This document shows, one piece after another, positions 1 through 9,806 of a DNA stretch of 43,633 nt (position 1 is the first letter of the stretch; the number at the start of each line of letters is the position of its first letter). Source of the stretch: Candidatus Woesebacteria bacterium GW2011_GWB1_38_8b (GTDB taxonomy: Bacteria; Patescibacteriota; Microgenomatia; UBA8517); contig LBVN01000003.1 in the NCBI GenBank assembly GCA_000993115.1, forward strand, positions 1 to 43,633. The letters run 5' to 3'. Made by a program: the position numbers and the translations under genes. The notes under the pieces are model-generated. The model ran no database searches. It saw only the letters and a list, made by a program, of their open reading frames with translations, and was not told the origin of the DNA.

Positions 1-777
1 CCTTAGCCAAGCGATTATTTCTTTTTTGCCACCCGCAAATCCACCGACTACACCGAAGGCTTTACTTAAAGTTCCGACTTCGATATCGACTTTTCCATGT
101 AAACCAAAATGATCAACCACGCCTCTTCCGTTTTTTCCCAAAACCCCTTCACCGTGTGCGTCATCAACTATTAGCAGTGCTTCATATTTTTGGGCCAATT
201 TTGCTAATTCCGGAAGAGGGGCAATATCCCCATCCATTGAGAAAACTCCGTCGGTAACAATAATTTTTTTGCCAATATTTTTGGCTTTCTTTAATTTTTC
301 TTCAAGATCAGATGAATTTAAATGCAAATACCGCACCACTTCCGCTTTTGAGAGTCTGCAGGCATCGATAATACTTGCGTGATTTAATTCATCCGAAAAA
401 ATCAGATCACCTTCGACTGCAATAGTCGGGATAACTGCCAGATTTGCCGTAAATCCTGATTGAAAAACTACAACGTCATCGACCTTTTTAAATTCGGCTA
501 GCCTTTTTTCCAACTCCTGATGGAGAGTTGTTGTTCCCGCGATTGTCCGCACTGCGGCTGGCCCGATTCCGTATTTTTCAATTGCAGATTTGGCTGCCCT
601 TATAAGTCTTGGGTCATTTGCAAACCCGAGATAATTATTAGAGGCAAAGTTTAAATATTTTTTACCTCCAATTAAAATTTCCGCTCCGATCGGACTATCG
701 ATAATTCTTGGGGTGTTATAAAAACCTTCGTCTTGTAAGTTTTGGATTGAATCAGTAAACCACGAATACTTGCTCAT
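1..777 (-). CDS. kbl: Glycine C-acetyltransferase / 8-amino-7-oxononanoate synthase family PLP enzyme (3' end runs off window)
   Basis: Not in the ORF track. Hand translation from ATG at 777: MSKYSWF...[10 protein letters not shown]...[17 protein letters not shown]...[11 protein letters not shown]...VDDAHGEG...GTLSKAFG (class II aminotransferase motifs, PLP lysine). kbl vs bioF is not certain. Confidence 0.85.
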   Translation of the reverse strand, partial: MSKYSWFTDSIQNLQDEGFYNTPRIIDSPIGAEILIGGKKYLNFASNNYLGFANDPRLIRAAKSAIEKYGIGPAAVRTIAGTTTLHQELEKRLAEFKKVDDVVVFQSGFTANLAVIPTIAVEGDLIFSDELNHASIIDACRLSKAEVVRYLHLNSSDLEEKLKKAKNIGKKIIVTDGVFSMDGDIAPLPELAKLAQKYEALLIVDDAHGEGVLGKNGRGVVDHFGLHGKVDIEVGTLSKAFGVVGGFAGGKKEIIAWLR

Positions 778-855
778 ATAATCAACGAAAGTTTAGCACA
801 ATTTTATTTTTTGTAGTAGGAAATTTTTACTAAATGCTGCAAAATCCGACAATCT

Positions 856-1803
856 CTATAAGAAATTATTTACAATGAGCTTCCATTTGGGTGGAAAGAA
901 TAGATTTAATTTTTCGTTTTTTGGCTTATAAACAGATTTAATTTTCTTGCGACTGCTGGTAAGCTGTGGAAACTTAACACGGCAATACTTGTCAGTCTCA
1001 CAAAACCATCCCTGACAATCTATTGAGTGTAATTTGCGTCCGAAGAGATTATTAAATTTTAACCCTAGCCGGTCAAACTCTTTATCCTGGTTATCAACCA
1101 TATACTTAATGATGTAGCCATAACTTTTTCCGTTTGTATCGACGAAACATTTTTTTATCCCGCGAACAGCCCCGGGTCCGGCAATCGTAAAATCGTTTTC
1201 ATCGAAGTTAAAAACTTCTGAGTAGTTGAAATCGATTGCAATTTGATACGCCATAAAATCTCCGATTAAAGGAAAGCTTTTTAAGTTTTCAAACAACCCC
1301 CTAAGACTTTCTGAATTTAGAAGTTTATGTAATCCTTTTTCATTTTTGAAAATCATTTCCAGTAGTGCTAGATGATTTTTGTGTTTTTGATCGAACCCAA
1401 AGGCTTTATTTGCACACAAGATAAAAGCATTTCCGTAAATCGGCTGTTTAGATTTTATTTCTTCTAATGCTTGGCAATATTTATCAAATCGGAAATCTTT
1501 AATAGAAATATTTCCGAGTTTTTTTTCCAATGCATTCCAAGTTTCAATTTTGTTTAAAAGACGGAAAAGAAAAATTCTGAAGACGGTATCTTCAGAAGAT
1601 AGAGTTTGTGAATAAATTACATCCTTAATTAGAAATTGAGATACACGGTCGCATGCTCTGTATACATTACAAAATTTATAATGATCAAAGATGGGATCGT
1701 TTGTAAAAGGAGGATTAAAGCCGTTTATTTTTTTAAAAAATATTTCCTGACGTTCGTAAGCCGTTTTCCAATAAGTATCGTATACATCACTTCGTGCTTT
1801 CAT
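856..1803 (-). CDS. 5-hmdU DNA kinase helical-domain / aGPT-Pplase1-like protein (nucleotide kinase-associated domain)
   Basis: Motifs ERQEIF...DPIF..YKFCNVYRACDRVSQFLI, FRLLNK, G.FMAYQIAID, AGPGA.RG, CETDKY resemble this family (recognised from memory). Leaderless TGa-TAGAAT lies 6 nt before ATG. Confidence 0.7.
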   Translation of the reverse strand: MKARSDVYDTYWKTAYERQEIFFKKINGFNPPFTNDPIFDHYKFCNVYRACDRVSQFLIKDVIYSQTLSSEDTVFRIFLFRLLNKIETWNALEKKLGNISIKDFRFDKYCQALEEIKSKQPIYGNAFILCANKAFGFDQKHKNHLALLEMIFKNEKGLHKLLNSESLRGLFENLKSFPLIGDFMAYQIAIDFNYSEVFNFDENDFTIAGPGAVRGIKKCFVDTNGKSYGYIIKYMVDNQDKEFDRLGLKFNNLFGRKLHSIDCQGWFCETDKYCRVKFPQLTSSRKKIKSVYKPKNEKLNLFFPPKWKLIVNNFL

Positions 1804-1857
1804 TTCTAAATTCTATCATTCATACAAATACGTCGATATATTTGCTAATATGAATTG

Positions 1858-4320
1858 ATGGAATTTTTAGCGTGGCATTACAGTTTTGGGGTAAATTATT
1901 ACATTGAAAGCTGGATGCGACAGTTCAAATGGATCCGCCATTATTTTTCACTCCCTTTACTTCTACGGACTCTTTTTGCTCCCTGGAAACGGATGATAAT
2001 GTCTGATAATAAGCCCGGATTTGATCTTAACCGATTTTTTCAGACGCTGACTTTCAATATGGTTTCCCGTATTGTCGGAGCGGGAGTGCGAATCACTCTA
2101 TTTTTTGTAGGAATTGTTCTACTAGTTGTAACTTTTTTTGCTGGTGTTTTCGGATTTATATTTTGGGTTTTAATCCCATTTTTTTCGTGGCCTGTTTATA
2201 CAAAATACAATAAAAGACCTGATATTGTTATGCGGGACTTGATGTTTAAAGTTAAAACTACAAGGGATAATCCTTTGCAAGTTTTATTTAACAGTGAACC
2301 GGGATTATTTTTCTTAAATCATTTAGGACTTTCGTACGACTCTTTATCTTCTGCCATAACTTCTGACAAGCTTGATTTAAATAATTTAGCTGCAAAGAAT
2401 TTTTCTGATGTGGTGAATTGGTTTTTGGAAAAAGGGTCATTTGAAGACGAGAGACTACGAAAGTTGGGACTTGTCAAAGAAGATCTCATAACCGTTGCAA
2501 AAATGTGGGATAAGAAAAAAGAGGACGAGTCTTTTTTGGGAAGCGATGAATTAGGGCGTCCGAGCATCGGTTTGGAAGTTCTTTTCGGTTATACTCCGAC
2601 ACTTAATCAATATTCAACCGATCTTTCGGCTCCGCAATCTTTTTCTCATAGGTTAATCGGGCGAGAGGAAATTGTGAATCGAATGTATAGAGAGCTTTCT
2701 GTTGACAGAAGTATTGTTTTAACGGGGGATCCGGGAGTTGGGAAAAAGACGGTGGTGTTGGAGTTTGCGAACCGTGCAGCAACCGGAAAATTCGGGAGCA
2801 AAATGGCATATAAGCGGGTTTTGGAATTTGATTACAATTTTATTCTCTCCGAATCAATGGATATTAACAAGAAAAAAACCCAGCTTACCCAAATTCTTGA
2901 TGAAGCGGCATATGCCGGAAATATAGTACTTATGATCCGCGATCTTCACAGGTTGATTCACTCCGATGTTGAAGGCTTTGATTTTACGGATACTTTTGAA
3001 GCTGCTATGGGACGGGGTGAACTTAAAATTATTGCCGTTGCTACGAATGTTGAATACGAACGCTTTATTGCTCCAAACTCACGACTTCGAAAATATTTTG
3101 AACGGATTGAAGTAACACCTCCATCGAAGGAACAAGCTTATGAAATTTTAGTTGAGTGGGCAAAAACCTTGGAGATCAAAAAGAATCTGATAATTGAGAT
3201 AACGGCACTTCGTAAAATTCTAAACGAGTCTGACCGCTATATTACAGACACTCCTTTTCCTGAAAAAGCCCTGGAGTTACTCGACGCGGTAGTTACTTTT
3301 GTTGAAGAAAGTAAAAAACAGGTAGTTGAAGCTGATGATGTTAATGCAGTATTTGCCGAGAAAACAGGTATTAGTTTGGCACGCTTAACTTCAGAAGAAA
3401 AAACAAAATTAGGGGACTTGGAAAATATAATTCATGAGAATTTAGTAGATCAGGAGTTAGCTGTAAAGCAAATCGCACAGAGTTTGCGTGCAAAAACATT
3501 GGGGGTTTCCGAAAACAAGCGTCCTATCGGATCATTTCTTTTCTTGGGCCCGACCGGAGTCGGAAAAACCGAAACGGCGAAAGTATTGGCAAAAGTTTAC
3601 TACGGCAGCGAGGAACAAATCCTTCGCTTTGATATGGCGGAATATGCAGGGAAAGAGGGGTTTGAGCGGTTAATCGGCTCGCAAGGTAGAAACACACCAG
3701 GTGCATTAACTACTGCTATAAAAAATAAACCTGCAAGCCTTCTTTTACTGGACGAATTTGAAAAAGCCTCGAGAGATATTTTTAATTTATTTTTGACGGT
3801 TCTGGATGAAGGTTATATCACAGATGCTTTCGGAAAAAGAGTTGGCGCGGGAAATCTATTTATTATAGGGACTTCGAATGCCGCTGCTGAATATATAAGA
3901 AAACTTGTCGGAAGCGGCATCCGTGGGGAGGAGCTACAAAAAAGTGTTGTAAATTTTGTTTTGGAAAATGCTATTTTTACGCCTGAGCTTCTAAATCGTT
4001 TTGATGGGGTGATTGTTTATGAACCTCTTGAGGGACCGGAATTAAAGAAGGTAGCAAAATTAATTTTGGATAAATATGCAAAAAATTTGAAAAATAAAGG
4101 AATTATACTAAATGTTACCGATTCTTTGATAGAAAAATTAGCAACTGATGGTTATGATCCGGCATTTGGTGCCCGCCCAATGAGAAGAATAGTCGATTTA
4201 GTAATTTCTGATTTGATTGGGAAAGAAATGATTTCAGGAAATGTCGCAGACGGTGACTCGATAGATATAATTCCCGGTAGCGGTAAAGAAGAATATAAAG
4301 TTGTTAAGAAAACCGGTTAA
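1858..4320 (+). CDS. Membrane-anchored ClpA/B-family double AAA+ ATPase
   Basis: N-terminal hydrophobic helices; NBD1 GDPGVGKK; FPEKALELLD; NBD2 RPIGSFLFLGPTGVGKT, DMAEY, LLLDEFEK, PELLNRFD, FGARPMRR. ATG 1858 preferred to TTG 1855. Confidence 0.9.
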   Translation: MEFLAWHYSFGVNYYIESWMRQFKWIRHYFSLPLLLRTLFAPWKRMIMSDNKPGFDLNRFFQTLTFNMVSRIVGAGVRITLFFVGIVLLVVTFFAGVFGFIFWVLIPFFSWPVYTKYNKRPDIVMRDLMFKVKTTRDNPLQVLFNSEPGLFFLNHLGLSYDSLSSAITSDKLDLNNLAAKNFSDVVNWFLEKGSFEDERLRKLGLVKEDLITVAKMWDKKKEDESFLGSDELGRPSIGLEVLFGYTPTLNQYSTDLSAPQSFSHRLIGREEIVNRMYRELSVDRSIVLTGDPGVGKKTVVLEFANRAATGKFGSKMAYKRVLEFDYNFILSESMDINKKKTQLTQILDEAAYAGNIVLMIRDLHRLIHSDVEGFDFTDTFEAAMGRGELKIIAVATNVEYERFIAPNSRLRKYFERIEVTPPSKEQAYEILVEWAKTLEIKKNLIIEITALRKILNESDRYITDTPFPEKALELLDAVVTFVEESKKQVVEADDVNAVFAEKTGISLARLTSEEKTKLGDLENIIHENLVDQELAVKQIAQSLRAKTLGVSENKRPIGSFLFLGPTGVGKTETAKVLAKVYYGSEEQILRFDMAEYAGKEGFERLIGSQGRNTPGALTTAIKNKPASLLLLDEFEKASRDIFNLFLTVLDEGYITDAFGKRVGAGNLFIIGTSNAAAEYIRKLVGSGIRGEELQKSVVNFVLENAIFTPELLNRFDGVIVYEPLEGPELKKVAKLILDKYAKNLKNKGIILNVTDSLIEKLATDGYDPAFGARPMRRIVDLVISDLIGKEMISGNVADGDSIDIIPGSGKEEYKVVKKTG
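2259..2279. repeat. Degenerate copy of the RAYT-associated palindrome, inside the Clp ATPase CDS
   Basis: tacaagggat-a-atcctttgca; 2 differences from a perfect palindrome; reads TRDNPLQ in frame. Confidence 0.55.
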
Positions 4321-4427
4321 ATATTTCTTACAATCCAGCGGTACATGAGGCTAAATTGCTACTTCCATAGCTTCTTCAAATAGGATTATTATGAATAAGT
4401 CCGTACACATTGTAGCGGTACATTATA

Positions 4428-5621
4428 ATGGCAAAGAATGTTTTAATGATCGGATGGGAGCTTCCCCCTTTTAATTCCGGAGGTCTTGGAGAGGCTTGTT
4501 TAGGGCTCTCTAAAGCTTTGGCAAAAAAAGGAACTAATGTTACTTTTGTGTTACCCCAGAAAGTTGATTTACATTTTGATTTTATGAATTTGGTTTTTGC
4601 AAACGTTGCCGAGGAAGGGACTGATTTGGTTAACGAAGCGTATCAGTCATATGAGGTTTGGGTGAAAGGTAAGAAGTTTAAAATAAAAGATGCACCTAGC
4701 GGTTATGTTGCCGGGGCATTGAAATATGCCAAAAGGATAAAAGAGATTGCACAAAAAGCTGTTCCCGACATTATTCATAGTCACGACTGGTTTACTTTCC
4801 CCGCCGGAATTGCCGCCAAGGAAGCGACCAATGCACCTTTTGTTGCCCAAGTTCATTCAACAGAAATTGATAGGACTGGGGGAAACAGTCCCAACCAGAC
4901 GGTCTTCGAAATAGAAAAATTAGGTGTGCAAAGTGCCGATAAGGTTATTGCAATTAGTCAAATGCAGAGAAATATTTTAAATACAAGTTATGATGTAAGT
5001 CCTGAAAAAATCGAAGTTGTATATAATGGCGCATCATTTTTCGAGAAAGAAAAGCTTCCTCCGACTTTGGAATTTTATAAGTCTGCAGGGTACAAAATAG
5101 TTTTATTTTTGGGACGGATTACGCTGATGAAAGGACCTGAATATTTTGTCCGGGCAGCAAAGCGAATCTTAGATTACGAGAAAAAAGTAATATTTGTGGT
5201 TGTGGGTAACGGAGATATGTTTTCGCAAATGCTTTCCGAAGCGGTGAACCTTGGAATTATGAACAACTTTATATTTACGGGATTTTTACAAGGCGAAGAC
5301 AAACACAGAATATACCAGACCGCAGACATTTATCTTATGCCCTCAGTGTCTGAGCCGTTCGGTTTAACGGTTTTGGAATCAATAGGAAACGGAACCCCAG
5401 TTCTTTTGTCAAAACAATCCGGAGTATCGGAAATTGTATCAAATGTTCTAAAAACTGATTTTTGGGATATTGATGAGATTGCAAATAAAGTAATTTCCGC
5501 GATCCGTTACCCCGCACTTTTGACAGTTTTAAAAGACGAATCGAAAAAAGAACTGCCAAATATCAGCTGGGATAGGTCGGCAGATAAATGTCTGCACGTT
5601 TATCAGGATTTAGCACAATAA
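4428..5621 (+). CDS. GT4 glycosyltransferase (glycogen synthase-like)
   Basis: GWELPPFNSGGLG, HSHDW, HSTE, PSVSEPFG. Confidence 0.9.
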   Translation: MAKNVLMIGWELPPFNSGGLGEACLGLSKALAKKGTNVTFVLPQKVDLHFDFMNLVFANVAEEGTDLVNEAYQSYEVWVKGKKFKIKDAPSGYVAGALKYAKRIKEIAQKAVPDIIHSHDWFTFPAGIAAKEATNAPFVAQVHSTEIDRTGGNSPNQTVFEIEKLGVQSADKVIAISQMQRNILNTSYDVSPEKIEVVYNGASFFEKEKLPPTLEFYKSAGYKIVLFLGRITLMKGPEYFVRAAKRILDYEKKVIFVVVGNGDMFSQMLSEAVNLGIMNNFIFTGFLQGEDKHRIYQTADIYLMPSVSEPFGLTVLESIGNGTPVLLSKQSGVSEIVSNVLKTDFWDIDEIANKVISAIRYPALLTVLKDESKKELPNISWDRSADKCLHVYQDLAQ

Positions 5622-5624
5622 TTT

Positions 5625-6884
5625 ATGTCATCAGTAGTTTTGTACTTCCAAGTTCATCAGCCGCTGCGGATTAAAAAATACCGCGTGTTTGACATGGGGA
5701 ATTCTCACGAATATTTTAATGACGAAGGGGATTCATCTTTAAATAATAAAAAAATTCTTCGCAAAGTAGCTGCAAAATCCTATTTACCCGCTAATGAGCT
5801 GATTCTAAAACTTCTGAAAAGACACAAAGAATTCAAAGCCAGTTATTCTTTTTCGGGAGTATTTTTGGAGCAGATTGTGAAATACGCACCTGAAGTATTG
5901 GAATCTTTTCAGAAATTAGTAAAGACTGGGAAAGTTGAAATTCTAGGCGAAACTTATTACCATTCGCTTTCATTTTTTTATTCCCGGCATGAGTTTGAAA
6001 GCCAGGTCGTACTGCACGAAAAAACAATAAAAAAGCTTTTTGGTTATACTCCGAAAGTTTTTCGAAATACAGAGCTTGCATATAATAATGATTTGGCTCA
6101 CTGGGCTGATAAAAAATATCTGGGGATTTTGGCCGAAGGATGGGATTCGTTTTTGGGATGGAGAAGTCCTAATTTTTTATATAAGCCGCAAGGTACTACG
6201 AAAATTAAATTACTTTTGAAAAATTATAAGTTGTCGGATGATATAGCTTTTCGCTTTTCGCAAAAATCCTGGCCGGAGTTTCCTCTAACCGCTCCGAAAT
6301 TTGCATCTTGGGTTAATCAAATAAACGGAAACGGTGATGTAGTAAATCTTTTTATGGATTACGAAACTTTCGGTGAGCATCAATGGAAAGAGCATGGTAT
6401 TTTTGATTTTTTGGAAAACATGCCAGGGGAAATTCTGAAACATCCCGACAATGATTTTGTAACACCTACCGAAGCCTGCAAGAAGTATCCAACTATGGAC
6501 GAAGTAGATGTGCCTTATGTTGTAACTTGGGCAGATACAGAACGGGATTTGTCAGCCTGGGTTGGTAACCAAATCCAAAAGAGCGCAATTGATTATATTT
6601 ATTCGATGGAGCGTGAAATTAATAAGACACGTGATGCCAGGCTTTTAGACGATTGGAGAAAAATGCAAACATCGGATCATTTTTATTACATGTGTACAAA
6701 ATGGTTTTCGGACGGTGACGTTCATAAATATTTCAATCCTTATGAATCTCCATATGACGCTTTTATTTCATACATGAATGCAGCAAGTGACCTGAAATTG
6801 CGGGTTAATGAAAAACTTAATCAAACTCATATTGAGCATATAGCGCTTCAAAAAAAGTGGGCAAAATCAGTGGCTGTAAGCTAA
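5625..6884 (+). CDS. GH57 alpha-amylase
   Basis: FQVHQP, ETYYHSL, FRNTEL (catalytic E), LSDDIAFRF, FMDYETFGEH (catalytic D), TSDHFYYM. Confidence 0.92.
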   Translation: MSSVVLYFQVHQPLRIKKYRVFDMGNSHEYFNDEGDSSLNNKKILRKVAAKSYLPANELILKLLKRHKEFKASYSFSGVFLEQIVKYAPEVLESFQKLVKTGKVEILGETYYHSLSFFYSRHEFESQVVLHEKTIKKLFGYTPKVFRNTELAYNNDLAHWADKKYLGILAEGWDSFLGWRSPNFLYKPQGTTKIKLLLKNYKLSDDIAFRFSQKSWPEFPLTAPKFASWVNQINGNGDVVNLFMDYETFGEHQWKEHGIFDFLENMPGEILKHPDNDFVTPTEACKKYPTMDEVDVPYVVTWADTERDLSAWVGNQIQKSAIDYIYSMEREINKTRDARLLDDWRKMQTSDHFYYMCTKWFSDGDVHKYFNPYESPYDAFISYMNAASDLKLRVNEKLNQTHIEHIALQKKWAKSVAVS

Positions 6885-6891
6885 AGAAAAT

Positions 6892-8163
6892 ATGGATTCA
6901 AATAATAATCCATGGTGGACCAACGCAATAATTTATGAAGTTTATGTTGATAAGTTTGCAGGAAATTTCAGGGGATTAATAGAAAAGCTGGATTATTTAA
7001 ACTATCTGGGTGTTAATACTCTGTGGATATTGCCTCATTACCCCTCACCTATGGTTGACGGCGGATATGACATATCTGATTTTACTTCGGTCAGAGATGA
7101 TCTGGGAACACTCGTGGATTTTTATGAATTTGTGCAGGAAGCTCACAGTAAAAATCTTAAAGTAATAATTGATCTTGTTTTAAATCATACTTCAGATAAG
7201 CATCCTTGGTTTTTAGATGCGCGAACATCACCGGAAAGTCCTAAACGAAATTGGTATCTATGGAGCGATAATAACGATAAATTTTCCCAAGCATTCGTAC
7301 ACTTTAGTGATATTAAAAAAAGTAACTGGATTTATAATGACGTGACAAAAGATTATTATTATGCTAGCTTTTATCCCCAGCAGCCAGATTTGAATTGGGA
7401 TAACCCGGAAGTATACAAGGCAATGTCCGATGTTATGGAATTTTGGCTTTCCAGGGGAGTTGACGGATTCAGGCTTGATGCGGTTTCGCGTTTAATAAAA
7501 CGCGATAATACAAACTGCTTTGCACTGCCCCAAACTCATGAAGTTTTAAAAAGAATCAGAACGGATATTAATATTAAATATCCAAATGCAGTTTTTATGG
7601 CAGAATCCGGTGGGTGGCCGAATGAAGCGAAAACTTTTTTCGGATATCAGGACGAATGTCAAATAGTTATCAATTTTCCGTTAGCCTCAAATATTTTATC
7701 GGCAATATCTGACGGCGATTTATCGGGTGTAAAAAAAGTTTGGGAAGAGTCTGACGGAATTGGTGAGCTTTGTCGTTGGGGGATTTTTCTAACAAATCAC
7801 GATAGCGTAGATTTATTTTTCCTTTCTGACGATTATAAAAAAAAGAAGTTGGCGGATGAAGGCGGCCTGATGGATAAATTTGGTCACGAAGGGAGCTCCA
7901 GTTTTGCCGCGAGGTTATCTGAAATTTGCATTGGTAATCCCGAGAAAATTCTCTGGGCATTCCAGCAACAGTTTGATTTACCTGGTGTACCAATCATTTA
8001 TTACGGAAACGAAATTGGAATGCGAAATGCTAAACTTAATAATTCCCCGACAGATTTCCGGGAGTACGTTCGGGGAAATTTTGACTGGGATGATGCCAAT
8101 AAACAAATAAAAGATCCGGATTCGCTATTAAATAAAATCCGTGAATTGATTTTAAAAAGATAG
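6892..8163 (+). CDS. GH13 alpha-amylase family (trehalose synthase/alpha-glucosidase-like)
   Basis: DGGYDISD, DLVLNHTS, QPDLNW, GVDGFRLDAV, NHD, YYGNEIGM. Confidence 0.9.
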   Translation: MDSNNNPWWTNAIIYEVYVDKFAGNFRGLIEKLDYLNYLGVNTLWILPHYPSPMVDGGYDISDFTSVRDDLGTLVDFYEFVQEAHSKNLKVIIDLVLNHTSDKHPWFLDARTSPESPKRNWYLWSDNNDKFSQAFVHFSDIKKSNWIYNDVTKDYYYASFYPQQPDLNWDNPEVYKAMSDVMEFWLSRGVDGFRLDAVSRLIKRDNTNCFALPQTHEVLKRIRTDINIKYPNAVFMAESGGWPNEAKTFFGYQDECQIVINFPLASNILSAISDGDLSGVKKVWEESDGIGELCRWGIFLTNHDSVDLFFLSDDYKKKKLADEGGLMDKFGHEGSSSFAARLSEICIGNPEKILWAFQQQFDLPGVPIIYYGNEIGMRNAKLNNSPTDFREYVRGNFDWDDANKQIKDPDSLLNKIRELILKR

Positions 8164-8167
8164 GTAT

Positions 8168-8974
8168 ATGTACTTTTTGTTTGATATCGGCGGGACAAAA
8201 ATGAGATTTTCTTCTTCAGTTGACGGAGTAAATATTGATGGAATCGAAATTGTTGACACTCCGGTTTTATTCGATAAAGCATTAGCGCAAATATCTCTCA
8301 TGTACGACAAATTCTCAAAGATGGGAAGTATAGACAAGATTTCCGGAGGTATTGCAGGAATTTTTGATAAGGAAAGGAGAATTCTACTGGATTCGTATAA
8401 CCTGCCTGACTGGAAAAATAGAAACATTTCCCAGATTTTTACGGACAAATTTAAGTGCAGAATAAATTTGGATAATGATGCCGCTTTGGAGGGTCTAGGT
8501 GAAGCTGTTTATGGAGTGGGCAAAGGCTATAAAATAGTTGCTTATTTAACAGTTGGTACAGGACTTGGGGGAGCAAGAATCGTTGATGGAGCAATTGATG
8601 TTCGAAATACAGGTTTTGAACCCGGTCATCAGATTATGGACACAACTAATTTAACTGATTTGGGGGATTTGGTTTCGGGAGGGGGTTTTAAAATTAGATT
8701 TGGTGTAGACGCCAGGCGTGTTACAGACGGAAAGATTTGGGCTGAAAACGAGCGTATTTTGGCAATAGGTATTCATAACACAATTGTTCACTGGTCACCC
8801 GAAATTGTAATTTTGGGTGGGGGACTAATTGAGGAGGAAAAATATAAGATAGAAAATTTAAACAATTTACTTCTAAAATTATCAAAGAATTACCCCTATC
8901 CGGCAAATATAGTTAAATCAAGTTTGGGAGATAAAGCGGGACTTCTTGGAGCACTTCACATGGCTCGGATTTAA
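8168..8974 (+). CDS. ROK family sugar kinase
   Basis: DIGGT, NDAAL..LGE, TVGTGLGG, EPGH, GGG; no N-terminal HTH. Confidence 0.88.
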   Translation: MYFLFDIGGTKMRFSSSVDGVNIDGIEIVDTPVLFDKALAQISLMYDKFSKMGSIDKISGGIAGIFDKERRILLDSYNLPDWKNRNISQIFTDKFKCRINLDNDAALEGLGEAVYGVGKGYKIVAYLTVGTGLGGARIVDGAIDVRNTGFEPGHQIMDTTNLTDLGDLVSGGGFKIRFGVDARRVTDGKIWAENERILAIGIHNTIVHWSPEIVILGGGLIEEEKYKIENLNNLLLKLSKNYPYPANIVKSSLGDKAGLLGALHMARI

Positions 8975-8989
8975 TTTTAAACTTTTAGG

Positions 8990-9018
8990 TTGACTTTATA
9001 AAAATTTGTCAATATACT
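8990..9018 (+). promoter_or_regulatory. Sigma70-type promoter
   Basis: TTGACT-17 nt-TATACT, 10 nt before ATG 9029. Confidence 0.65.
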
Positions 9019-9028
9019 ACAGGCAATA

Positions 9029-9709
9029 ATGGAAAACGAGGCACAGAACAACAGTTTGAATCCCCAAAGAAGTGATGTAGGATTTCCAGAAGCCCGTAAA
9101 GAAGAAAAGAAAAGCAAAAAACTCCCTCTAATAATTGTTGTCGTTTTGGTATTTTTGCTATTGGCAGGTGGAGGTTACTTTTTATTGACCAAACCCAGCT
9201 CCGTATCCGACGAAGTTTCGGAAGAAGGGACAACAATAACTCCAACCCAAGCATCCGAGTCGCCCACTCCAACAGCAGGTGAGGTAAATAAAAAAGAAAT
9301 AAGTATTGAAGTGTTAAATGGAACAAGTATTTCGGGGTTAGCCGGTAATGTTAAAACAGCACTTACAAAACTTGGTTACACCGATATTAAAACAGGGAAC
9401 GCAAGTAGCAAAGATTATGAAACGACGGAAGTAAAATTTGCGTCAAGTGTTCCGACATCTATCAAAGATGAAATATTGGCAGAGCTAAATAAAACATATC
9501 AAGAAGTAAAAACTGCAAGCGGAGCGCCAAGCGGGTCAGACATACAAATAATCACAGGTTTTCCAAAGGGTCACACCGCTACTCCAACCGCAAAAGCAAC
9601 TGTTACGCCGACAGCTAAACCCACAGGATCGGTAACTACAACTCCGACAACAACAGGGAGTGTAACCGTTACTCCTACAAAAACCCCTACACCAACCCCA
9701 ACAGTTTAG
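9029..9709 (+). CDS. Membrane protein with LytR_C domain and Pro/Thr-rich tail
   Basis: Single TM; IEVLNGTSISGLAG...GNA...DIQIITG. Confidence 0.8.
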   Translation: MENEAQNNSLNPQRSDVGFPEARKEEKKSKKLPLIIVVVLVFLLLAGGGYFLLTKPSSVSDEVSEEGTTITPTQASESPTPTAGEVNKKEISIEVLNGTSISGLAGNVKTALTKLGYTDIKTGNASSKDYETTEVKFASSVPTSIKDEILAELNKTYQEVKTASGAPSGSDIQIITGFPKGHTATPTAKATVTPTAKPTGSVTTTPTTTGSVTVTPTKTPTPTPTV

Positions 9710-9744
9710 TATTTAGAATAAAGTATATGGAATATAGAATTAAA
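9703..9744. repeat. Degenerate heptamer tandem array
   Basis: agtttag tatttag aataaag tatatgg aatatag aattaaa, starting at the stop codon. Confidence 0.5.
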
Positions 9745-9806
9745 TTATACGTAGAGATTTTGTGACAAAATAAATTTCATATTATTAATCTAAACATGGT
9801 CGAGAT

